A stretch of DNA of 62,256 nt, filler included, from Dugesia japonica (lineage: Eukaryota), in NCBI GenBank assembly GCA_001938525.1. It is 6 parts of 6 records of this genome, joined end to end, with 100 filler letters (N's around TTAATTAATTAA, not from the genome) between each part and the next. Parts side by side here need not be neighbours in the genome. Positions count along the whole stretch, not along the records: positions 33,502 to 42,986 come from MQRL01509426.1; positions 43,087 to 52,977 come from MQRL01600743.1; 4 more parts are not named here. One strand, written 5' to 3'. Under the pieces are notes generated by a model, which saw nothing but the letters and a program-made list of their open reading frames with translations, was not told the origin of the DNA and did not search any database. Shown in pieces: positions 36,901 to 47,794 of the stretch (the stretch's first letter is position 1; each line of letters opens with the position of its first letter). The translations under genes and the position numbers were made by a program.

Positions 36901-37744
36901 AAATGATGAATAACCTACGGGATTTAGCAATATATGGACAACTCAGCTTATGGGCTCGAGCACAATGGTGGAAAGAGAAAACCTTATATGAAGAGGAAGT
37001 ACAAAATACATCTACAATATCCGACTATTCTATCAGAATTAGCCTCCTTAATAAAGAGGGAATCATAAAAAAGGTAGATATGATAACGCTGGAAGGGTTA
37101 ACGATCAACCATATCATAAAACCAATCAAGAAATGGCTATCAAGATATGGCTATCGCTTAAATCCTATAAAATACAGGCAGGAGCAACAATGATAATATT
37201 AGCCAAGAAAGAGGACCACGTCTTTCTACATAATATCAAACCAGGGTAGATCACAGAAATCAAACTAACACCAAGTAAAATGACCATAGACATCCCGATA
37301 CCAAAAATGCCAGACACCGACCAACTCATATTCAATATGATGAGTTTATATCTACAAGAAATACTACCGGTAGAAAATGAACGACTGATAAACACGTATG
37401 GGGAAAACAAAGTCCAAATAAACATGGTTCGGGATAATAACCGAGGCACTCCAGATTTATCATCAGATGAAGAAGAGCAGGAGGAAGAAATCTCGGAGGA
37501 TATTGGCCAACCCCGGTTGTTACCATTTAAACATGAATTCACTGGCCCTTTCAGTTTCCCTCAGACGGAACGGATTTCAAAGATAATTTCCGATTTCTGT
37601 CATTTCCTAGAAAGGATACCTCGACCAGTGTTTTGGAAAGCATTAAAAGCAGATCAATGACCCTAGACTTGATTTTATATAAAGATCGACCCCTCTAGAT
37701 TTAATCACATAAACCAATAACGTAAAAAGGGTAGAACCCCAACA
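33938..37744 (+). mobile_element. Decayed LTR-element: gag C-terminus, long accessory ORF with ubiquitin-like domains, LTR end
   Basis: CNTCERRGHIARDC at ~34198-34240; co-directional ORF fragments to 37660; ends in CCCCAACA LTR terminus; no pol seen. Confidence 0.7.
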
Positions 37745-37749
37745 GTAGT

Positions 37750-37930
37750 TACAAACTCTAAATAAAGTTATTAATATTTTTTCAATACATCCTTTTTAGC
37801 GTCGCTCAAATTTAAATTACCACGAACAATATTTACAAAAATCTCAATTAAATCATCTATAATATATGGTGAGAATGATTGCATAATTTTAATTCTAGAA
37901 AATTACGATGATTTAATTCAACGCGGTGAA
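37750..37930 (-). pseudogene. Conserved small Polinton ORF typically next to the ATPase
   Basis: IIDDLIEIFVNIVRGNLNLSDAKKDVLK resembles the Polinton pattern ExxLNxLxGNxxLxxxxKxxL. Confidence 0.55.
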
Positions 37931-38219
37931 AAACAGAGTACTTATTTCTGATTTCATTTTTATTTCAATAAAACATACCTACCAAAGAATCGTTTATAAT
38001 GAATCGTTCTTTTCAGTATCTTTCTGGAACTTTTTGCAAGTTTTTGAAACATATTTAATTGTTTTTTGTTATTTGCAAATGTCTTCTTATACGATTGTTT
38101 CGTCTTTTGTTTAACAACAGGCATTTTTGTTGTTTAACAAAATCACAGTTAATAACTGAATAAACTACAATTTTCTTAATGTATGCCATTTTATATATAA
38201 TATTAAGAACATTACCTAT

Positions 38220-38800
38220 TTTGTTTATACACAGTTATCCCATAAATATATCAGTTCTCACTTAACAATCATCTGGACATTGTTGTGTAAAGTCAAAAAA
38301 TAAATATCCATTGTGAATTTCTGTTGTATTTTGAAATGATTCAATCAAAAATTGTCTGTTATTTGGATATGCTTATCTTGCTAGAAAATCAACGACAGTT
38401 TGATCTCTAGAATCTTTGAATAAAACCAAGTATTACACATTTAAATTGCATGTTCTATGAATACCTCATTGATGAAATAAAGGTTTAGTAATAAATATTA
38501 CAGTAACATTATTGAAATCGCTTTCTTTATTTGCCCCCTGTCACAGGTTGTCAACAACAATAACATTACTTGGTCTCAATATTTTGCTCATATATTTATC
38601 AAAACCATTTATAATTTTTAATTTAATATTACAAAATTCAGATTTAGTTAGTTTATGTCCTTATCCGTGCTCCTATGCCAGTGTATTTGTTAAAATTTGA
38701 ACTTGAATAAATTTGATTGGAATAATTTACATATAATTTACCATTATCACTAAGCCCAAAAATTTGATAGGCTCTATCCTTTCTTAATTTCTTCATTTTG
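38220..38800 (-). pseudogene. Polinton packaging ATPase (A32/FtsK-like), copy 2
   Basis: YQIFGLSDNGK, IINGFD, VIVVDNL, VIFITKPLFH, HRTCNLNV*YLVLFKDSRDQTVVDFLAR, GYLFFDFTQQCPDD; clearly homologous to 42148-42762. Confidence 0.88.
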
Positions 38801-38865
38801 TTTTTTCTTTAATTTATTCATAATTTAGTATACCGAAACCCCAATGTTCCTCAATTATTCATAAT

Positions 38866-39240
38866 TTGTCATTAATTGTGATAACCAATAGTAAATACAG
38901 AGGTAAAGTGTCGCAAGAAGTAACGAAGAAAATGAGCTTTCCTACAGGTAAACCATATGAATTCAAAGTGAAAATTCACAAGTTTACAATTATATTCTTC
39001 AAATAAGGGAAATATCGAATAATGGGTTGTAAGAAACCATTGGAACCACATGATTTGAACTTCTATGATACAAAAGATTTACAATTACAATCGCTAAAAA
39101 TTGTTGTAAGTATAAGAGTTTCAATGAATTTGTATAAATTAGCACAAATAGTCAACTGTTAGTTTGAACCAGAGTTATTTCACGCTTTGAGATTGGTGAA
39201 ATATGATTCTTTGTGTGTAATTGTGTTCTAAGCAGGTAAA
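38866..39240 (+). pseudogene. TATA-binding-protein-like gene, intronless, 3 in-frame stops, 3'-truncated
   Basis: Single frame: ...FTIIFFK*GKYRIMGCK...LQLQSLKIVVSIRVSMNLYKLAQIVNC*FEPELFHALRLVKYDSLCVIVF*AGK; cf. TBP ALIFSSGKMVCTGAK and YEPELFPGLIYR..VLLIFVSGK. Confidence 0.8.
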
Positions 39241-39244
39241 AGAT

Positions 39245-39525
39245 CTACCCAATTTGTTGACTTTCTTTTCTGAAGTGTTGCATGAATTAAATCTCCAATC
39301 GTCCTGAACTGTCTCTCAATTTACCCGTTTGCATTGTAGTGATAGGGACTCGAAAAGCAAAGTTTAATATCTAGCTTCAGTGCAAAATCTCTCATAACTC
39401 TGGATTGAAAAGCTTTTCCACAATCTAGTCTTATTTCTCTTGGACATCCAAACCTCAATATCCACTTTTCAAAAATAGCTTTTCATATTGTTTCTTTGTC
39501 TTGTCTAGGCAATGGTATAATAAAA
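39245..39525 (-). pseudogene. Gypsy integrase fragment
   Basis: Reverse-complement match to 49580-49780 (KWILRFGCPREIRLDCGKAF). Confidence 0.85.
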
Positions 39526-39539
39526 TGGTATATAAATCA

Positions 39540-40790
39540 TAAAAGCTTGGAACATTTCCATAAAAAACATATTAGCTAGAACTTTTCTTAGCAAAATGAT
39601 AAAAACATAGAACTTTTCTTAGCAAAATGATAATAGCATTGAACCTTTTCGTAAAAAAATTCTTGAAGCGAGGAAACTTTGTTCAAAATAATTCAAAAGT
39701 GCACAAATTTTCGTTGTGTTACAACCATATTGCATACCTATTGCATTCATTAAAAATTCCCAGACAAGTGTTGCTAGGTTGCATCCCCATTGCATTTTAT
39801 TTGACAAGGATGTTGATTTTGAGTGATTTTTGACAATAATTTCCTCGGATTGGGCTGTTTGGGTTGAATTTTTAACGGAAAATCGTGGGAAATAGACAAA
39901 TTTGTTTAAATAATTCAAAATAATTAAACTTTTTATAGGAATATGGGCTAACAACCCAAAATCTGAAAGATTTTTGAAAAAAATTCTGTCGAGATTTTTA
40001 CATCAATCGATTCAAAATGATGTCAGGTTCATTTCTAGCTAAAAATATTTTATTCGAAAATTATTTACTACTCGAATTTGATTATAAACTAATCTATTTG
40101 ATAGAGAATCGTCCACTGATCATGAATAATCTAGATAAATAACATGAATAATCATGTTGGATGCTGAAGAAATTAAGAAAAACATGATTTTTAGAGAATT
40201 TTTGAAAGTTTTCCTTCTCTGATCGTAACGAAACTAACATTATTTGATAGAAAACTTTAACTGATCAGGAAATTCATTACCTAAAATCTCCAAACTTAAT
40301 ATTGACTGAGAAAAATTGAATATACGTTGTCAAAATCCCGAGGATGCTTAACCGACCAAAATAAAAAATTAGTTTTTTTAAATTTCATCCAAATTTAATG
40401 ATCTAAGTAGTATTTGATAGAGACATTTTCACTGATCAAGAATATATAGGATAAAAAGTATCAATTTAAATTACTTTGAAAATATTTTACATTTTGTAAT
40501 TCTAATTAATTATTTAAAAATAAAAAGTATCTCAAATATAATAATTAAACTATCTATTCGATAGAGAATTTTACGGTGATTAACAATATCATCATTTTTT
40601 ACATAAGAAAATTTATTGAAAAACAAGTACATAGGTTTTGAGTTTCCCTGAGAAAATAATGAATTTTGAAAGAGCAACTCGAATTTAAACATTAAACCAT
40701 CTATTCGATAGAAAATTTTACGGGGAGTAATAATATGTAAAATCATCAAACCTTAACATTAATAAACTAATTTGATAAAACAAGTATTAT
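39540..40790. repeat. Non-coding dispersed repeat with internal degenerate subrepeats
   Basis: TATT(T/C)GATAGA.AA.T..(C)ACTGAT motif at ~40095, 40240, 40410, 40555, 40703; inverted homolog at 30-560. Confidence 0.65.
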
Positions 40791-42147
40791 TGCGGGTTGT
40801 TCACAATAGTTGGTTTTATTTTAAATAAATTAATTTTAAATAATTCCAAATAGAATATTCTAGAATCAATTGTTTTACTGCATCAACAACATTTAATTAT
40901 ACACACATGTTTTAAAACATAATTTTTAATTTTATTTTCATTGTTTTAAAACGACGTCAATGGTATTGACTAGAGATAATGCGTCTACATTGGTTTTCAA
41001 ATGTGGAAAACCAACCAATTACTTTAAATATGAATTGTTTAACTTTAGGAAACCAATCATGTACACATTTCAATTACTTTTATAATTATTAATTACTTTA
41101 TTAAAACTTTTATTTAGGACCTAGTAAAACTAAAACAATGCTTGTATGATGTATTGATTTCAAACCTAAGTGCTAATGATCTTAAAACATTAAATGAATT
41201 GTAGGCCAGAGTCAACAGCAATATGAAAATAGACGAATCATCATTCAAAAAATCAAAAGATAATGTTCAAAATGAAAAATCAATGATTAGTGTTGAAATA
41301 TTTGTTAACAAAAGTCTGGAAGATATAGTCAAACCTCTTTGGAAAATTAAATCCATTAAAACTTTATTGAATATTATTATTAATAAATACTTTGTCTTAT
41401 TATTTTGTAAATTTTTATTTTACTTGTTTTTAAATCAAAACATGTATAAAACCGTAAGGTTTATTTAATTCAATCACATATTATTCTATGTTCCAATGAT
41501 TGTTCTGTATAAAATTTGGCAACTGAAATTAAAATATTTAAAATAAATTCTTAAAGCAACAAAGATTACTTAAAGTATTTGGATCTCATTTCCATTCCGT
41601 GATCGTGTTGCTGTCTTAATGCAATTGCAAGTGCTTTTAATTTTACATACATTTTAACTTAATTTATCGACTCTGGGTTTGAATAACTTAAATCATGATT
41701 AACTTTTTTGATTAATGATTCTTTTTCATTCTCATAAAACTCATTTGCAACTGTTGACTGTCAAGTATATGAAATTTAACTAAACTATCCATTAGGAACG
41801 ACATATTTTCTAACGTTTCTGGATTAAATAGTAATTTCTAAATACATTCTATTATTTTGAGAATGTCTAGGCTATCAGTAAATTGAACATGAATAAGCGC
41901 CTGCAGACCTAATTGTAATGTTTCTTCTAATTTATATCGATAAAGGATGATTTTTCTGTTTAATATTTCCACCATTGCATCGATAAATGCATCAAGATTG
42001 AATAAATTTGTTAGATTATCGGTCACATTAACTTTACATTTTTTGAGATAATCTTCATAATTCAACGATAAGCAACTCTTCGTCTCTGTTTATATATATA
42101 TAAACAATATTAATTCAATTGATACGTTTAAAAAACCATTAATTATA

Positions 42148-42762
42148 ATGAAATTAAGAAATGATGCTGTATATCAAATTTTTGTAACTAGTGGTATGGA
42201 AAAAACCATGTTTGTGTGAATATTGTTGAAATCAAACTTATTCAAATCAAAATTCAATAAAATATTTTGGCATAGAGGTGTGGTTAAGGAGCATGGGAAG
42301 ACTCAATCAATATTTTGCGATATGGAAATTACAATAATTAATGGATTTGATGACAATTGGAGCAAGAGATTAAAAACAGGTTATGTGATTGTTGTTGATG
42401 ATCTGTATCAGAAAGGCAATAATAAAATAGACTTTAATACTTTATTCACAAAAATATCAAGATATTGTGGTGCTACTGTGATTTTCATTACACAACATCT
42501 ATTCCATTAAGGTAGTGATCATAGAACTTGTAATTTAAACGTTCAATACTTGGTTATATTTAAAAATCTAAGTTGTCAAACTGTTGTTGATTTTCTAGCA
42601 AGACAAGCGTATCTAAATAATCAATCATTTCTAATAGACTCATTAGAAGATGTGACAAAAATGACTCATGGATATATTTTTCTTGATTTCACACAACAAT
42701 ATTCAGATGAACTTAGAGTTCGAAATAATATTTTTAATTCAAATGGTGTTACAGTTATTTAA
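42148..42762 (+). pseudogene. Polinton packaging ATPase (A32/FtsK-like), copy 1
   Basis: One frame with stops: decayed Walker A IFVTSGMEKT, Walker B VIVVDDL, LFTKISRY, VIFITQHLF, RTCNLNVQYLVIFKN, HGYIFLDF..DELRVRNNIF. Confidence 0.92.
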
Positions 42763-42985
42763 ACAATAAAAAGGTAAGTTGATTACTTTACAAAATGACT
42801 AAATTTTCAAACCTTTTAATAGATCCACATATAATTAAACAGTTTAGCAATCACATAAACAATGAAAATGATTATAAAGATAATATTAATAATAAAGAAG
42901 TCAATAAAGAAGTCAAAAAAATGACAATCAAGGAAAAAATTAAGGAAGCAAACAAAGAATGTAAGTAAGAAACAATCAAAAGAAA

Positions 42986-43086
42986 ANNNNNNNNNNNNNN
43001 NNNNNNNNNNNNNNNNNNNNNNNNNNNNNNTTAATTAATTAANNNNNNNNNNNNNNNNNNNNNNNNNNNNNNNNNNNNNNNNNNNN
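42986..43086. other. Artificial contig spacer
   Basis: N-TTAATTAATTAA-N. Confidence 0.95.
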
Positions 43087-43429
43087 CACACCAAATCTAA
43101 TAAATTAAAAATACATGTGAGGAATAATACCAAGACCACCGATTGATTTCGGCATAGACAAACTCGTTCGGTTGTTTGGTTTACAGTTAAACTTTTATAA
43201 GATACACATTAAACCAGTTTTCTATCATGTCTTTTTTGAATTTCCTGCTATTTGTCGTTATAATTGTTCATATTCACTTTCAATTTGAAAATTATTTCTC
43301 CTAAATTTTCTATGTTGTTTTATTCTCACAGTAAAATATTTATTAATTAATTTGTTATTCGGAACCACTTCATTAAATCTATAGCAGCATATGCGGTCGA
43401 GATCGATTTAGATCGCATAGAGAACAACT

Positions 43430-43890
43430 GTATACAGAGAACGGCTGTATTGACATATTGATAAAGGTGCAAGTAATAAATCGATGTATACCAATCAAAT
43501 TATTTGTGACTTGTAGTTAACTTGCTCAAAATTAGGCACGCTTAAATATATAAAAAAAACAAACAACTCCGCAATGGAGAGAGTATCCCAAAGTGATTTG
43601 ACTAACCTTGGCGAAAGAGCACATGACCTGGAATCTTGAATGGCAAAAATTGTTATGGTACGATGTGGAAAATTCAATTTAGATGGTTTTAATTATTACT
43701 GACAAAGATCAATGGGTTGAGGAAGTGTTATGAATTGGGGTGGTTTTGGGAATTTCGGGAAGTGATATTAGTTTCATTGATACAAAACTTATTGCGGAAG
43801 GCTATCGAGACATGCTTCAAACACATTTTGTCAGCATAATCGAAAGATTTGGCGGTTTAGAATTGTTATTCCAACAAGACAATGCATTTG
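43430..43890 (+). pseudogene. Tc1/Tc3-like DDE transposase remnant
   Basis: KFNLDG (~43670), GSVMNWGGF (~43721), LFQQDNA (~43866). Confidence 0.8.
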
Positions 43891-44221
43891 CCAACAGTCC
43901 AGACCGGGATGGCAAATAGGATTTTATCAAAGTACAGTGCAGTCCCGTTAACCCTATGGTTCTGCTTAACCCGCGGTTCTCCCGAATTTACACATACATA
44001 GCAATAATCCGCGATCAAAAGTACTGTTTTCAAAGAAACTTTCATCGCTAGAAACACATTTCCCTCATCTTTCCGTGCCAACTTTTTTCGTTCTTTCCTC
44101 GATATTCTAATCGGCAATTTCTTTATAGAGACATTTCAAAATGTCGCTTGATAGACGACGTTCACCATGCAATAATTTCCGATCACAGATCGAGACGGCC
44201 ATCTTAAAGTCTAGGTATTTA

Positions 44222-45470
44222 GTCAGGAGATTTTTTATTATGTGAATTTTTATTATGAGATTTTTTTATCAGGAGATTTTTTATCAGGAGATTTTTTATC
44301 TGGAGATTTTTTATCTGGAGATTTTTTATTAGATTTTTTATAAGGAGATTTTTTATCTGGAGATTTTTTATTAGANNNNNNNNNNNNNNNNNNNNNNNNN
44401 NNNNNNNNNNNNNNNNNNNNNNNNNNNNNNNNNGAGATTTTTTTATCAGGAGATTTTTTGTCAGATATTTTATTAGGAGAATTTTTATCAGGAGATTTTT
44501 TATTAGATTTTTTATAAGGAGATTTTTTATAAGGAGATTTTTTATAAGGAGATTTTTTATCAGGAGATTTTTTATCAGGAGATTTTTTATCTGGAGATTT
44601 TTTATTAGATTTTTTATAAGGAGATTTTTTATCTGGAGATTTTTTATTAGATTTTTTATAAGGAGATTTTTTATAAGGAGATTTTTTATTAGATTTTTTA
44701 TAAGGAGATTTTTTATAAGGAGATTTTTTATCAGGAGATTTTTTATCAGGAGATTTTTTATCAGATTTTTTATGAGGAGATTTTTTATCAGGAGATTTTT
44801 TATCTGGAGATTTTTTATTAGATTTTTTATCAGGAGATTTTTTATCAGGAGATTTTTTATCAGGAGATTTTTTATCAGGAGATTTTTTATCAGATTTTTT
44901 ATCAGGAGATTTTTTATCAGGAGATTTTTTATCAGATTTTTTATGAGGAGATTTTTTATCAGATTTTTTATGAGATTTTTTATGAGATTTTTTATGAGAT
45001 TTTTTATGAGAAGATTTTTTATCAGGAGATTTTTTATCAGATTTTTAATTAGATTTTTTATCAAGAGATTATTTATTAGGAGATTTTTTGTCAGATTTTT
45101 TTTGGCAGGAGATTTTTTATCGGGAGATTTTTTATTAGATTTTTTATTAGATTTTTTATCAGATTTTTTATCAGGAGATTTTTTATTAGATTTTTTATTA
45201 GATTTTTTATCAGATTTTTTATCAGGAAATTTTTTATCAGGAGATTTTTTATGAGGAGAATTTTTATTAGATTTTTTATAAGATTTTTTATTAGATTTTT
45301 TATTAGATTTTTTGCCAGGAGATTTTTTATGAGGAGAATTTTTATTAGGAGATTTTTTATTAGATTTTTTATTAGATTTTTTATCAGGAGATTTTTTATC
45401 AGGAGATTTTTTATTAGGAGATTTTTTATTGAGATTTTTTGTGAGGAGAAGTTTTATCAGATTTTTTTAA
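44222..45470. repeat. Minisatellite of 12/15-bp units (AGGAGATTTTTTATC / AGATTTTTTATT)
   Basis: Directly visible; gives (IKNLL)n and (RRFFI)n ORFs. Confidence 0.97.
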
Positions 45471-46004
45471 ATATTTTTTATTAATTTTTCAAAAGGAGAA
45501 TTTTTCTTATGGAATTTCATCCTCCTCCTGGAATATTTGACTGCGAACTCAAAAAAACGAATTATTTAAATGAAAATTTTTTATTTTTAACAGTTTAATT
45601 TAAAATTTTCAACTGAATGCAAAATTGNAATGAAATCAAAGAAAACAATTTATAGCTTATTGCAAAATGTTAAACACGTCAAATGAAACATTATTTTCCT
45701 CATTGTCCACTAGCAATAACCCAATTTAACAAATAATTATCATCAGAGCTGGAGGATTGATTACTCGACAAGTTACATGTTGTCTCTGTTTGTTTTCATT
45801 TCTATTATTACACGCCAAACACGTTATTTCACTTGATTTAGCAATATTTTTACAATTTACTATTGGTTTCACATTGGATTTTAATAATTCATTCAATTTT
45901 AACTGCTATTTTATAATTTTACAATTATCAAATTAATTTCAAGAATTAATTAATAGTAAAAAACAATTCCTTAAAATTAAAATAAAACTAGCTAAGTATC
46001 TCAC

Positions 46005-46358
46005 CTTTATCAAAGAAGACATTGATTTCATTACTTCTGTGCTTTTCTGAAGAGTTCCTGCCATTCGAACCAGAGAAGCTTGATGATTTAAATTCATTAC
46101 TACAGAATTCATCTGAGCTTTTGCTGAATAGAGTCTACTAACAGATTTTCTGGCATTTATAAGCTCTTTAGCTAGAATTTTAGCTGCATCCAAATTTCCT
46201 TGTTTAGCATATTTCTTAATTTCTAATTCCTGCTGTTTCGTAGCTTTGTCAATTGAATTAATATCTCTATCCAATTTTCTTTCTTCTTTTCTTATACAAG
46301 ACTGCATTTGTCTTACTTTTTCTCGAGGATCTGTTTTTTTTTCACCAAATAACCCCAT
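46005..46358 (-). CDS. CHMP3: ESCRT-III subunit CHMP3/VPS24, first coding exon
   Basis: MGLFGEKKTDPREKVRQ..IRKEERKLDRDI..AKILAKEL..RKSVSRLYSAKAQMNSV..AGTLQKSTEVMKSMSSLIK; GTGAG donor at 46004, TTTTAG acceptor just upstream of ATG. Confidence 0.93.
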
Positions 46359-46949
46359 ATCTAAAAATATTGAAATATAATAAACATCTAAATGTTTTGT
46401 TTTTAATTTCAAATGACATTAATAATAAAGAAATGCTTTTTTAAAAGAATTTATAGATAATTTAATAAAACTAATAAAACAATTTTAAAAAATAATCTTA
46501 ATAATTTATAACCGTTTATTTATGTTTTTCAATTGAAAATTTTGACCTAATTTGAGTATTAAAACAAATATAATATTATCTGTAGTTAAAGAAGATCGTT
46601 CGATTGAATAATTGTTTTTGATTGAATAACTGTTTACCGTAAAAATATATAGAGTGTAATCATTAAATAAAAAGAAAAATTTTTAAGAAAATTTTGATCA
46701 AGTCATGGATTAATTAAAATGTTTAATTTCTTCGAAATTAAAACATTTAAATTTAATATTAAATAAAATTAATGATTTGAAAAATAATAAAACTGTATAA
46801 ATGAATACCGGAAAAGAAATGCGCATTTTGAATATGGTTTGGTTCAAGAGATTTTTGCATTAAAAATTATCTAGTTTATATATCAAAATAACAAATACTA
46901 CAGAAAACTAAATAGGATTACACATAAGTTTTTCCTTCGCTTCCCAATC

Positions 46950-47790
46950 AATTCAAATCTCGTCTTCGGAGTCTATCTGATGATCTTTTGGGAATTTATC
47001 AAATTGTTATTTTTTTGAAGATCGGACGGTTTACAATAGTTTTAGTGATTATCGGCTGATGTTGAAAGATTTTTTGATCCCCAGGTGTTTTTGTTCCAAT
47101 TAATATTTGAAGCTATGAAGTGCATTTTAATTCTTTTGATTGATTGATCGCAGATTTTGATAAAATTTTAGGAAACTGTTGTTTTCAGGTCCTCAATTGC
47201 CTAGACATTCAACGATGAACCTAACCTTTAAGGTAGGCAGGAGTATTTGTAGTGCGGGCCTGATTGTCTCACATTTGTCTCTTTTGGCTTTGTTGACTGC
47301 CTCTTTTGAGCTGGTGATGTCATAATAGCTTTTGACAGCGATTAGGCACAGTTCTTTCTTTTATTTGATTTCCATTTGTTGGTAGAAACATAAATTGTTC
47401 TAACAGGATTATTGAAAAATTAGTCCGCGGTGCTGGCTTTTGTAGAGATGAAGTGTGAGCGTGCATTTTTTAGTCGTTATTAGTTCTGACTATATTAGNA
47501 ATTGGCTTGGTTGGTAAAGTTTATGCAAATGGAATCAAGTAATGTTCTTTTGATATTCGTCAAAGAGTTTTTTGTCGAATTGGCTTTTCATTTGGAGACA
47601 TACCGATTTCATTCATGAAAAAATTGAATATTGATATCAGTCTTTTGAGAAATGCTATGCAATTTCTTAATTTGTCCCACTACGAGAAGGAATTGTTTTC
47701 TCGGCCTCGCGAATTAAGCTATTTAAATTGTCTTCGATAGGTAGTATAAAAGAGCTTTTGAGGTGGTGTTGTGAAGTTTTTCTTGTGCTG
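46950..47790 (-). pseudogene. Non-LTR retrotransposon 3' end with restriction-like endonuclease (R2/NeSL-type)
   Basis: KKELCLIAVKSYYD..AVNKAKRDKCETI..VRFIVECLGN*GPENNSFL resembles RLE motif LIDV..A..K..KY..FIVGxLGxW...N. Confidence 0.6.
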
Positions 47791-47794
47791 TAAA

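Noticed and set aside
41223-41468. LEDIVKPLWKI, vaguely TRMT2A-like exon
   Set aside because: Motif too short, upstream stops, no supporting exons
45939-46412. Full 157-aa ORF as CHMP3
   Set aside because: Both ends extend into introns; the real exon is 46358-46005
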